NCBI GenBank assembly: GCA_035480035.1
Contig: DATIID010000001.1
Span: 329,323-393,322 of the forward strand
DNA from: Candidatus Saccharimonadales bacterium
Lineage (GTDB): Bacteria > Patescibacteriota > Saccharimonadia > Saccharimonadales > OMJO01
Direction: 5' to 3'
DNA: 64,000 nt
Below, in pieces: positions 27,583 through 36,687 of the stretch; positions within the stretch are counted from its first letter, which is position 1, and every line of letters starts with the position of its first letter. Made by a program: the position numbers and the translations under genes. The notes beneath the pieces were generated by a model that was not told the DNA's origin, searched no databases, and saw nothing but the letters and a program-made list of their open reading frames with translations.

Positions 27583-29208
27583 TTATTCTTGTCGCGTTAG
27601 ACCGGTTATTGCCGATGGCCAAGGTTTGGTGGTATTTTTACCAAGCACTGGTCCGGTGCCAAAAATACCATTTATAACTTCTGTCAAAGTTTTAAACTTA
27701 GCCGGCTTCTGGACATTTATAGCATTATCACCAGGCGTTACAGTCAAGTCGGCCTTAAATGTAAAATCTGAGCCACCAGTGCCTTTGCTATAGGCATTAG
27801 CCGTTATTTTTGAACTATTGGATTGAGCATTAATATCAAAGCCGATGTTTAAGTTTTCTGTTATGCCGTCAGTTTTATTATTGGTTTCTAGGACAAATGG
27901 ATATTCAGCGCCGCCGTTATAGTTAAGTGAAAGCGCAAACCAGTTATCGCTAACTTTGGCATCGGTTATCTTAAATTTTCGCACTAATTGAGTGCCTTTA
28001 TCGACCCAAATATCGATAGTGTCATTATTCTTATAGCTGTCAATTGATTTCAATATTCCATCAATATTGACCACTTTGTCATAATCGCTACCGAGGAGTG
28101 TGCCAAGCTTTGTGGTCTTTAATTGAGCCTTAAAGGCCTTTACAAAATCCTTCAAATTATCTTTATTAACACTAGCTTGGTAATGGTATTGTTTACGACC
28201 ATCAACGGTTTCCCAGCCAATTTTTTTAGTAATTTTCAAGGCCGCTTTGTCTTGTTTGTTGGTGAAGAGGTATTGATCAAAAGTAGTGCCAGCTGATCTA
28301 GAAATATCAATAAAATCTTGCCGAGTAAGTGAATTAAGTTTGCTAGTATTACCAGCCTGGTTCGTAGCTTGGTTAAGACTATCGGTTATAGTGTGATCAA
28401 CAAATATCCATTGACTGTTGTATTTGTCCAACGTTGATCCGGCACCCAACAAACTCGATACTCCACTAACACCACCAAGTCTTATATAGGTATCGGGGAA
28501 AATCGACAGATCGTTTTTAATAGCAATTACGTCAACAGTGACCCGAACACCTTTTATGCCAAAATCAGTCGTGATAGTGGCGTTTTTATCATCGGACTTA
28601 ACGTCAATATGACCGTCGGTTTTAACCGGACCAGTCAGACTAAAAGTACCCTTCACTTCACTGCTTTTTTTAGTTTTAAGTGTGTCTGAATAATCAAGCA
28701 ATTTGCTATAACCTTTAGCACCGTTACTCAGAGCTTGGGTCCACAAATGATCGGGGTTGTTTGGTAAAACGTAACCAAAATACGCTACCGCCGAACCACC
28801 ACCTAATAAAATCAAAACAACCACTAAAATACCTACCATTTTCATAGGGAACTTTTTCTTTGGTGACGCAGCTACAGCTGGCATTGGGGTTACTTCATTA
28901 ACAAACGGCTGGGCTGATAAACCTGGACCTGGTTGATTGCCGCTAAGTGGTGGCGCTGGATTAGCGATTACGCCAGGTGCCTCTGGCGATATCGTATCAT
29001 GGCTAGAACTGACCTCACCCGGCTTAAGTGTAGTGGTGGCTTTGATTATTTGTGGTTGAAATGAAGTTGTTGGTTCAGATGGTGAGACTGGTGATGCTGG
29101 GGTTGGATCAGGACTAGACGGTGAATTGTTGGCTGGTGTGCCCGCGTTAGTTGGCAGTTCGTTAGACGGCGACGCATCCGGCGGAGTTTGATTGTTTGAC
29201 GGATCCAT
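27583..29208 (-). CDS. Hypothetical membrane-anchored surface protein with a Pro/Ser-rich N-terminus (541 aa)
   Basis: It has a low-complexity P/S/T region, then a TM helix (MVGILVVVLILLGGGSAVAYFGY), then a large extracytoplasmic domain. Confidence 0.5.
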   Translation of the reverse strand: MDPSNNQTPPDASPSNELPTNAGTPANNSPSSPDPTPASPVSPSEPTTSFQPQIIKATTTLKPGEVSSSHDTISPEAPGVIANPAPPLSGNQPGPGLSAQPFVNEVTPMPAVAASPKKKFPMKMVGILVVVLILLGGGSAVAYFGYVLPNNPDHLWTQALSNGAKGYSKLLDYSDTLKTKKSSEVKGTFSLTGPVKTDGHIDVKSDDKNATITTDFGIKGVRVTVDVIAIKNDLSIFPDTYIRLGGVSGVSSLLGAGSTLDKYNSQWIFVDHTITDSLNQATNQAGNTSKLNSLTRQDFIDISRSAGTTFDQYLFTNKQDKAALKITKKIGWETVDGRKQYHYQASVNKDNLKDFVKAFKAQLKTTKLGTLLGSDYDKVVNIDGILKSIDSYKNNDTIDIWVDKGTQLVRKFKITDAKVSDNWFALSLNYNGGAEYPFVLETNNKTDGITENLNIGFDINAQSNSSKITANAYSKGTGGSDFTFKADLTVTPGDNAINVQKPAKFKTLTEVINGIFGTGPVLGKNTTKPWPSAITGLTRQE

Positions 29209-29266
29209 ATTTTAGATAACCTTAATGAAGGCATTATACATAAGCAATTAATGCTTAACTAGTGTT

Positions 29267-30184
29267 TTATTCCAGGGCTCTGACGCGCTGCTGTAGTTCG
29301 TTTATGTCAATTGCGTTTTTTGGCAGATCGGTTGGGGTGGTGCGTAGGCCGTAACTGCCATAAAATTCATTCCTTAAGCCATTGACGTAACTGACCTTTG
29401 TAATCTGCTGTGTCCAAACATCAATCGTGAACTTAAAGCTAAGTGCAGGAGTATCGCGATAATCAGCTGGGTTGGTTTGCTTTAACTGAGTTAAACCAAC
29501 TGAATCAGCATATTGTTTAAGCATGCCGATGTAAGCTTCGGCATTAACCGATACACTGAAGGTATAAGTCGGTCGGCCGTGGGCAATGGTGCGTGATACG
29601 GTGTTATAGTCGACTTTCATAACATTTTTATCTTTGATTAACTTTATCAATTGGCGACGATCGTCAATATTTAATCGCCCGAATGGTAAGACACCAAGTA
29701 CTGATTGGTTATACAGTTGTCCGCTAGTGACTGACTTGTTGGGACTAACATCCTTACCCCAAATATTTAAAACCGAGGTAAAATCAGCTGGCTTACCTGA
29801 AGATGTTGGCTGACTAGTCTTAACGTAATCATATTTAACGAAGTCCGAAGTTGGGTTACCGGCTTCGCTAGTGACCACTCGAAACGGGTTGACGCCAGTT
29901 TGAGTAACTTCATTAGTGCCCTGAGCAATGGCTTTCGGTGATGTATTGACATAGAGTTTTTGATCAGTTTTTTGAGTATTCTGTGTTTCGATAGTTTCAC
30001 GACTAAATGAACTAGTCTGAAGAGCATTATCAATGGCGTTCCAAAATACGCGTTTTGGTTCACTTTTTATAAAATGCCACCACGACCAAACACCAAGCAA
30101 CAAAGCAATCAACGCCAAAGATACCAGCAATCGAATTAATATTGATAGTTCGTTAGTCTTTTTTTGTCCAAAAACTTTTACCAT
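29267..30184 (-). CDS. Hypothetical membrane-anchored protein (305 aa)
   Basis: It has an N-terminal TM helix (LLVSLALIALLLGVWSWWHF) and no recognisable motif. Confidence 0.5.
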   Translation of the reverse strand: MVKVFGQKKTNELSILIRLLVSLALIALLLGVWSWWHFIKSEPKRVFWNAIDNALQTSSFSRETIETQNTQKTDQKLYVNTSPKAIAQGTNEVTQTGVNPFRVVTSEAGNPTSDFVKYDYVKTSQPTSSGKPADFTSVLNIWGKDVSPNKSVTSGQLYNQSVLGVLPFGRLNIDDRRQLIKLIKDKNVMKVDYNTVSRTIAHGRPTYTFSVSVNAEAYIGMLKQYADSVGLTQLKQTNPADYRDTPALSFKFTIDVWTQQITKVSYVNGLRNEFYGSYGLRTTPTDLPKNAIDINELQQRVRALE

Positions 30185-30286
30185 CTAATTATTGTAACAG
30201 CAACTCTGGTAAATCGAATGGCTTTGATCTAAAACATCCGATGATTAAGTTGCAAAAAAGTAAAAAGCATTGTAAATTATCTATTC

Positions 30287-30721
30287 ATGACTTCAGACAA
30301 CATCATAATGGATCGCCAAGCAACAGCGGTTGAACTAGCCCAAACCCAACAATCTCATGTTGCTAGTGAATTGCCGCCCGATAGTCGCCTGTCAACCCAA
30401 CCAATTTTAGACCTTATGTTGGAACGGCAAGCCCAACATGAAAACCCGATTCCAGAAACAGAAAATTCTGGTTTGCTGTATTGGATGAAACGAGCTCGTT
30501 GTCGCGGTGTAGACCCAAGTGAGTTTTACCCGCCAGACAATTTAGGAGTTGAGGCCGCTAAAGCTATCTGTAATTTGTGCGTCGTTAAAGATGAATGTTT
30601 AGAATACGCGCTTGATCCTAAAACAAAACAGGAGCACGGCGTGTGGGGCGGCGCTTCAGAGCGTGAACGTCGACGTATACTTCGTCAGCGTCGCGCTGAT
30701 AATACTGGTCAATCAACCTAA
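30287..30721 (+). CDS. WhiB-like (Wbl) Fe-S transcription factor with a 60-aa N-terminal extension
   Basis: It has four Cys in Wbl spacing (C72 ... C95-x2-C98-x5-C104), the GVWGG turn and a basic tail RERRRILRQRR. Confidence 0.75.
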   Translation: MTSDNIIMDRQATAVELAQTQQSHVASELPPDSRLSTQPILDLMLERQAQHENPIPETENSGLLYWMKRARCRGVDPSEFYPPDNLGVEAAKAICNLCVVKDECLEYALDPKTKQEHGVWGGASERERRRILRQRRADNTGQST

Positions 30722-30723
30722 TC

Positions 30724-30732
30724 TGATATAAA
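30724..30732 (+). promoter_or_regulatory. Extended -10-like box TGATATAAA upstream of tRNA-Ala
   Basis: It ends 13 nt before the tRNA 5' end, the same geometry as at tRNA-Gln. Confidence 0.35.
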
Positions 30733-30745
30733 ATCACTCTGTTTT

Positions 30746-30822
<77 letters not shown>

Positions 30823-30850
30823 AGTTTTGGCTAGTATTATTGACATTTCA

Positions 30851-30898
30851 TTCGTGTCTACAGAAATAGTCCACCGGACTATTCTGCCCGTATCTCCA
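30851..30898 (+). pseudogene. Partial, interrupted copy of the tRNA-Ala 3' end
   Basis: TTCGTGT, then a 29-nt hairpin (30858-30886), then CCCGTATCTCCA aligns to the tRNA segment TTCGAGTCCCCGTATCTCCA. Confidence 0.6.
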
Positions 30899-30900
30899 TG

Positions 30901-30936
30901 AACAAAAAGGACCGATTGAGTCGGTCTTTTTTGTTC
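30901..30936 (+). terminator. Intrinsic (bidirectional) terminator
   Basis: The stem GACCGA/TCGGTC has a TTGAG loop and a T6 run, with a complementary A-run upstream. Confidence 0.6.
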
Positions 30937-30945
30937 ATGCGTACC

Positions 30946-30967
30946 CACCCGGCGGCGGGTGTTTTTG
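30946..30967 (+). terminator. Second intrinsic terminator
   Basis: The hairpin CACCCG-GCGG-CGGGTG is followed by TTTTTG. Confidence 0.55.
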
Positions 30968-31038
30968 TGTATGTTTGTAAGGTGTTTATTTCACACGCCG
31001 CGGAACGCACGATATACCATAAGCATAATCTTTTAGGA

Positions 31039-33060
31039 TTATTTGTCAAGTATGTTTAATAGCTCTTGTTCGCTAATCTGTTTAGTGCCAATTTTACGAG
31101 CTTTAATCAACTTTGATTCACCAACGTTATCGCCAACCACTAAATAATCAGTGTCGTTGCCAACACTGGTTTGAAAAGTACCGCCCAATGACCGAATGCG
31201 TTCGGCAGCCATATCGCGGCCCATTGTACTGAGTGAGCCAGTTACCGCAAATTTAAGACCCGACAGTTTGCCGCTGGCTACTTTAGTGTCCTTTGGCCAG
31301 ACGCCCAATTTCTTAAACTTGGCAAGCAACTCTTGATTATCGTCATCGGCAAACCAGGCAATAATTGACTCAGCTACAATCTCGCCAATTCCATCAACAT
31401 CTTTTAACTCTTGATAGGCAGCGGTGCCAAGATTGTCTAGTCGCTTAAAATGATTCGCTAAATCAATAGCTGTTTGAGTACCAACATGCCGAATGCCTAA
31501 ACCATAAATGAAACGTGGCAAGGGTGGGCGTTTTTTGACGTCAATCGCCTTTATTAGATTATCAGCCGACAAATCAGCGAACCGGTCTAATTTCATCACC
31601 TGTTCTTTAGTTAGCAAATATAAATCAGCCAGATCGTTAACCAATTTAGCGTCAACCAGGGCAACCACGTTTTTCTCACCTAAAGTGTCAATGTCCAGTG
31701 CGGCCTTGCTAGCAAAATGTTCGACGGCTTTTTTAAGTAAGAGTGGGCCAGTTGCGCCTTTGACCCGGTAAACGGCCTCGCCTTCCGGCCGTTCAAATTC
31801 CAGCTCCGGATACTGACGGCGAAGTTCCCTGACCATATTGAAACTGATTGCTGACTTGGGTCGAAGTTCGCTAAGTACCCGATCAACTTGAGGGATAATA
31901 TCACCGGCCTTAAATATGACCACCGTATCGCCGACTCGTATGTCTTTTTTAGTAATTTCATCGGCGTTGTGCAGACTAGCGTGTTGTACTGTGCTACCCG
32001 CCACCACTACCGGGTCAACTACGGCCACTGGGGTTGCCGCGCCGGTACGACCAATGCTGATAACAATATCTTTAACTACTGATGTGGCTTCTTCGGCCGG
32101 GTATTTAAAAGCTACGGCCGCACGAGGTGTTTTACCAACGATGCCCATTCGCGCATATTGCATTCGGTCGTTAACTTTAATTACCAGCCCATCAGTATTA
32201 AATAGCAGCTGGTTGCGTTTCTCACTCCACTCGTCGACAAAACGCATAACGTCATCAATTGTGTCAAAAACCTCAGCTGGTTTTATCGGTGCAACGCCAA
32301 TTTGTTCCAAAGCTTCAAGTGTCGACATAAAAGTCGGTGTTTGAGTCGGTGTCGCAGTTATTAAGTCGTAAGCCCTAAAATTTAATGGTCGTGCCGCGAC
32401 CAACTTAGGATCTAATTGACGAATCGTACCAGCCGCTAAATTACGCGGATTGGCAAAAGCCGGTTGACCAGCAGCTTCACGTTTTTTATTTAAAGCTTCG
32501 AAATCTTTTTTACTCATCACAATTTCACCACGAACCTCAATCCGACCTTTCAAAAACGGCGATGCGGCTTTTGAGGAACGTAAATTCAGAGGCACGCTAG
32601 CAATGGTTTTAACATTGGCTGTTACGTCTTCACCAATTGTGCCGTCGCCACGCGTCACCGCTTGGACAAATTTACCGTCTTGATAAATCAATGCCGCCGC
32701 CAAACCATCAAATTTTAATTGGGCAAAAAATTCATGTTGATGCCCGGGCAAGAGTTTGTCCATACGTTTAATCCACGCCTCAACATCGTCTTTGGAAAAA
32801 ACATCATTCAGACTTAGCATACGAGCTGAGTGCTCGACCTTACTAAAACCTTTTAGGACTGTGCCAACCACACGTTGGGTCGGTGAATCCGGAGTAATAA
32901 GTTCGGGGTAGTCAGCCTCGATCTTTTTTAGTTCACTTTTTAGACCGTCATAAACAGCGTCGCTGACACTAGTTTTGTCCTGGATGTAATACTCATAGTC
33001 ATATTTGGCTAATAAGTCTTTGAGATCATTAGCCCGTGACGCAGCTTCATTTTTGGTCAT
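31039..33060 (-). CDS. ligA: NAD-dependent DNA ligase
   Basis: It has the adenylation motif KFDGLA, OB, Zn-finger, HhH and C-terminal BRCT regions (FAVTGSL...). It is 673 aa. Confidence 0.9.
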   Translation of the reverse strand: MTKNEAASRANDLKDLLAKYDYEYYIQDKTSVSDAVYDGLKSELKKIEADYPELITPDSPTQRVVGTVLKGFSKVEHSARMLSLNDVFSKDDVEAWIKRMDKLLPGHQHEFFAQLKFDGLAAALIYQDGKFVQAVTRGDGTIGEDVTANVKTIASVPLNLRSSKAASPFLKGRIEVRGEIVMSKKDFEALNKKREAAGQPAFANPRNLAAGTIRQLDPKLVAARPLNFRAYDLITATPTQTPTFMSTLEALEQIGVAPIKPAEVFDTIDDVMRFVDEWSEKRNQLLFNTDGLVIKVNDRMQYARMGIVGKTPRAAVAFKYPAEEATSVVKDIVISIGRTGAATPVAVVDPVVVAGSTVQHASLHNADEITKKDIRVGDTVVIFKAGDIIPQVDRVLSELRPKSAISFNMVRELRRQYPELEFERPEGEAVYRVKGATGPLLLKKAVEHFASKAALDIDTLGEKNVVALVDAKLVNDLADLYLLTKEQVMKLDRFADLSADNLIKAIDVKKRPPLPRFIYGLGIRHVGTQTAIDLANHFKRLDNLGTAAYQELKDVDGIGEIVAESIIAWFADDDNQELLAKFKKLGVWPKDTKVASGKLSGLKFAVTGSLSTMGRDMAAERIRSLGGTFQTSVGNDTDYLVVGDNVGESKLIKARKIGTKQISEQELLNILDK

Positions 33061-34043
33061 GCCAACAATTCCCGGTACAACGCGTAAATGTATGAATGAA
33101 TAATAAACACTGCGCTAATCGTCAATACAAAATAGACCCATTCAGCTGCGACGGTCAAATAAAGTACTAAGGGCACAATTATAACCGAACCAATCACTAC
33201 CAAAACCAATGGCAAAAATAGCAGCTTGCGCATAATCGTCCAGCGGCGATAACGAACCAGGTCCCGCGCCGAACGCAACGCTTCTATAGGTTTAACATCT
33301 GGTAAAGTAACAATGTACAGTGCAAAAATCGATGAAGTAATCATGTAAATCGTTAGTAGTGCCAGCAAAAAAATCAAACAACTCCACAATGTTTTTTCCA
33401 AAAGACTGACCGCCACACCATTGGTAATAACCAGTCCAAAAAGCAAATTGGCACCTAATAACGGCAAGGTCTCCAGTCCAATGACTAACAATACTAAAAT
33501 CATTGGTACCAGTGGGTAAAGCCCTTTGTAAAATGGATCACTAATTGAAACCTTAACGCCGGCTTGGGTCTGCCGAAGCGTCCAGATGACGGCTAAGCTA
33601 ACAATCACTAAAAGTATCGTCAGGTAGGCCCCGCCAACATCACTTGATGGACCGCTGTTACTAATTAAAAAGTTTAGAAGTGTAAAGCCGCTGGTTAAAT
33701 TAACCGGTAAGCTATGAGATAGGCTTGTAAGGGTTTCCTTAAAAGTTACCAGCCCACCACTGACACTAAAACCCTTAACTAGGGCTAAAGTTAAAATTAT
33801 GTAAATTGCTAAAATGGCGCCAAAGACAAGCCAATAACGACCTAGGTTTACTAGACTGCGCCAAAATAGCTTCCAAGAAGCTGACAATCTAGGACCGGGG
33901 TGTTTAAGTCGTTTGCTTAAACGAAAAGATTTATACTCCGGTCTTTTGAGACGCCGGGAACTGCTGAGGGCATTTTTAGAAGCTTTAGTTTTGATTGGTT
34001 TTTTAACCGGTTTTTTAGATTTAGCAGTTTTTTTCTTAGGCAT
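33057..34043 (-). CDS. Hypothetical polytopic membrane protein with a basic N-terminus
   Basis: It has a Lys-rich N-terminus followed by about six TM helices, and it overlaps the ligA start by 4 nt. Confidence 0.5.
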   Translation of the reverse strand: MPKKKTAKSKKPVKKPIKTKASKNALSSSRRLKRPEYKSFRLSKRLKHPGPRLSASWKLFWRSLVNLGRYWLVFGAILAIYIILTLALVKGFSVSGGLVTFKETLTSLSHSLPVNLTSGFTLLNFLISNSGPSSDVGGAYLTILLVIVSLAVIWTLRQTQAGVKVSISDPFYKGLYPLVPMILVLLVIGLETLPLLGANLLFGLVITNGVAVSLLEKTLWSCLIFLLALLTIYMITSSIFALYIVTLPDVKPIEALRSARDLVRYRRWTIMRKLLFLPLVLVVIGSVIIVPLVLYLTVAAEWVYFVLTISAVFIIHSYIYALYRELLA

Positions 34044-34052
34044 GGTTCATCC

Positions 34053-34931
34053 TTAGGCGTGTCGATCCATTTCCTGGAGCCGTTTAATTCGCTCATCAAT
34101 TGGTGGATGGGTATCAAACAAACTGGTCAAGCTGTGTCCCTTTAACGGACTAGTAAAAAACAAATGGGCGGTTGAAGTATTTTGACGTTGCATGACACTG
34201 CCACGCTGTTTAATTTTTTCCAGTGCGCTGGCCAAGCCTTCTGGATAACGGGTTGTTAGTGCACCGGTGGCATCGGCTAAGTATTCACGACTCCTAGAAA
34301 TTGCTAGTTGAATTAATGTAGCAATCAGCGGAGCGACAATCGCCGCGACTAGCCCAATAATAAAGAAAAGCTGATTATTATTGTTCTCCCGATCGTCACT
34401 TCTAAACCAGCTCATACGTAGCATAATATCAGCTAATAAACCGATTATGGCAACTAAGGCAAAAGCGATCATTGAGACTCGAATATCATAATTTTTAACG
34501 TGACCTAGTTCATGAGCAATAACACCCTGCAGTTCAGCATCATTCATAATCTCAAGTAAACCGCTGGTCACGCAGACCATTGACTTTTTGGGGTCGCGGC
34601 CAGTCGCAAAAGCATTTGGCGCCGGATCGTTAATAATAAATACTCGCGGCATTGGTAGACCATCAGTAATGGCTAGGTTTTCGACAGTGCGCCACAACCT
34701 TGGATTATCTTGTTTGGCAATTTCCTTAGCGCCATTAACGGCCAAGGCTAAACGGGCGCCCGCAAAGTAACTGATTGTGGCATAGATTAACCCAGCCAGA
34801 ATTATAAAGGGCGTGATGGAGGGGTTGTTGCTATATAGCCCAAATAACCAGCTCATCGCCACCACTAAGGCGATAAATACGGCCATTATAATGATTGTTT
34901 TGCGTTTATTACCCGCAATTTGACTATACAT
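34053..34931 (-). CDS. htpX: Zinc metalloprotease HtpX (M48)
   Basis: It has HELGHVKNYD, TM helices and a C-terminal THPPIDERI. Confidence 0.85.
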   Translation of the reverse strand: MYSQIAGNKRKTIIIMAVFIALVVAMSWLFGLYSNNPSITPFIILAGLIYATISYFAGARLALAVNGAKEIAKQDNPRLWRTVENLAITDGLPMPRVFIINDPAPNAFATGRDPKKSMVCVTSGLLEIMNDAELQGVIAHELGHVKNYDIRVSMIAFALVAIIGLLADIMLRMSWFRSDDRENNNNQLFFIIGLVAAIVAPLIATLIQLAISRSREYLADATGALTTRYPEGLASALEKIKQRGSVMQRQNTSTAHLFFTSPLKGHSLTSLFDTHPPIDERIKRLQEMDRHA

Positions 34932-34949
34932 GGAGCACCGAACTCTTAA

Positions 34950-35504
34950 TTAGAATTTTACGTCTGCTGGTTTGTTGATAGTGGCGCTTTCGGCCTCGTC
35001 AACTTCAAAGAATTCACGCGGCTTAAAACCCAGCATGTTGGCAAAGATATTGGTTGGGAATACTTTGATCTTGGTGTTTAAGTCACGAGCTGAACCATTG
35101 TAGAAACGGCGTGAAGCTTGAATTTTGTCTTCGGTGTCGGTTAACTCGTCCTGCAAGGCCTGAAAGTTCTGATTAGCTTTTAAGTCTGGGTAGGCTTCGG
35201 CAACCGCAAACAGACTTTTAAGCGTTTGTTGGAACATGTTTTCGGCTTTGGCGGCTTCGGCTGGACCTTTAGCACTAATTGTGGCCGCTCGAGCATTGGT
35301 CACGTCTTCAAAAACCGATTTTTCATGAGCGGCATAACCTTTAACGGTATTAACCAAGTTTGGTATTAAGTCAGCACGGCGTTTTAGCTGTACGGTAATA
35401 TCGCTCCAAGCTTCGTCAACCCGGACGTTGGCACGAACTAAACCGTTGTACATGGCGGCAATGATCAGCACAATGACGACGACAACTATAATTGCTATCC
35501 ACAT
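34950..35504 (-). CDS. lemA: LemA-family membrane protein
   Basis: It has an N-terminal TM helix, YNGLV, and the EAYPDLKANQNF...RRFYN pattern. Confidence 0.85.
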   Translation of the reverse strand: MWIAIIVVVVIVLIIAAMYNGLVRANVRVDEAWSDITVQLKRRADLIPNLVNTVKGYAAHEKSVFEDVTNARAATISAKGPAEAAKAENMFQQTLKSLFAVAEAYPDLKANQNFQALQDELTDTEDKIQASRRFYNGSARDLNTKIKVFPTNIFANMLGFKPREFFEVDEAESATINKPADVKF

Positions 35505-35580
35505 TTCAAGAAATCTCCCCTGTTAGATTTATATAAATATTATATCACTACCGCTTAAAATTTGCTGGGCATTTAGTAAT

Positions 35581-35601
35581 AAAAAACCGACGCTCAGTCG
35601 G
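35581..35601 (-). terminator. Intrinsic terminator after tRNA-Val
   Basis: The minus strand reads CCGAC-TGAGC-GTCGG followed by TTTTTT. Confidence 0.6.
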
Positions 35602-35606
35602 AAAAT

Positions 35607-35683
35607 TGGTGGGTGATGAGGGATTCGAACCCCCGACCCCCTCGGTGTAAACGAGGTGCTCTAGCCAGCTGAGCTAATCACCC
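35607..35683 (-). tRNA. tRNA-Val(TAC), CCA encoded
   Basis: The reverse complement is GGGTGAT-TA-GCTC-AGCTGGCTA-GAGC-A-CCTCG-TTTACAC-CGAGG-GGGTC-GGGGG-TTCGAAT-CCCTC-ATCACCC-A-CCA. Confidence 0.9.
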
Positions 35684-35922
35684 AATCTCAATGAGATTAA
35701 CAGATAGCAGCTAATTTTAAAAGGCTATTGCTCAATTTCATGATTTATACCTAATATTAAAGACCTTAAGAAGTGTTAATTTTTAATCTGATTGCTCATA
35801 ATTGTGTGATTTTTCTTATAGTCAAGCTACTTTCTTCCATTTAATATAGACTTGCCCAAAAGTAAATTTTGTGACAATGCAACACGTTGGTTTACACCAT
35901 ACGGGTCAAAGGAGGGGAGATT

Positions 35923-36687
35923 ATGGGTACTGTTCGCAATGAATGGTTTGGGGTGGAGCCTAAGACGACAATTGTAATACCGGTATGGAATGAAGCCGAC
36001 AATGTGTTGGAATTAGTCCGTCGAATTAAAAACGCTATTGCTCAGCGAGCTACTGAAGTCTTGTTTGTAGATGATAGTAAAAACGATCGAACCACAAAGA
36101 TGATCTTATTAGCTAGGTTTGGTTATTCTTCGCCGAATTTTAGCGTAAGCGTCTATCACCGAACGGGTAAACAGCGATGGGGAGGTTTATCGGGAGCAGT
36201 GATTGACGGCATTAAAGAAGCTCGAAGTAATCAGGTTATTGTTATGGACGGTGATTTACAACATCCGCCCGAGTTAATCCCTAAGTTGATTAAGGCTGCC
36301 TCGTCTTTAGATATCGTAATTGCTTCACGTTATCTCAAAAACGGTAGTGCCCGTGGTCTCGATGGTAAAATTCGACATTTGGTATCACGCAGTTCCAACT
36401 GGCTAGCCAAAACTTTTTTCCCGATTAAGCTCCGCAAATTAAGTGATCCAATGACTGGTTATTTCTTAGTTAACCGCCGTTATCTCGATTTAAACAGGCT
36501 GCGGCCTAAAGGGTTCAAGATATTATTGGAAATTGTCACAACTCACCACCGTTTGTCGCAAGGCGAGGTACCATTAAAATTCGCTAAACGGATTGCTGGG
36601 AAAAGTCATGGTAATTTGAAACAGGGCAAACAATTCCTCAGTCAGTTATTGAATTTACGTTTTCGTAGGGACCAACAATATGATTGA
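35923..36687 (+). CDS. GT2 polyprenol-phosphate sugar transferase (Ppm1/DPM1/GtrB-like)
   Basis: It has VIPVWNEADNV, FVDDSKND and MDGDLQHPPE. The start is at the ATG preceded by AGGAGG, not at the longer track ORF. Confidence 0.75.
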   Translation: MGTVRNEWFGVEPKTTIVIPVWNEADNVLELVRRIKNAIAQRATEVLFVDDSKNDRTTKMILLARFGYSSPNFSVSVYHRTGKQRWGGLSGAVIDGIKEARSNQVIVMDGDLQHPPELIPKLIKAASSLDIVIASRYLKNGSARGLDGKIRHLVSRSSNWLAKTFFPIKLRKLSDPMTGYFLVNRRYLDLNRLRPKGFKILLEIVTTHHRLSQGEVPLKFAKRIAGKSHGNLKQGKQFLSQLLNLRFRRDQQYD

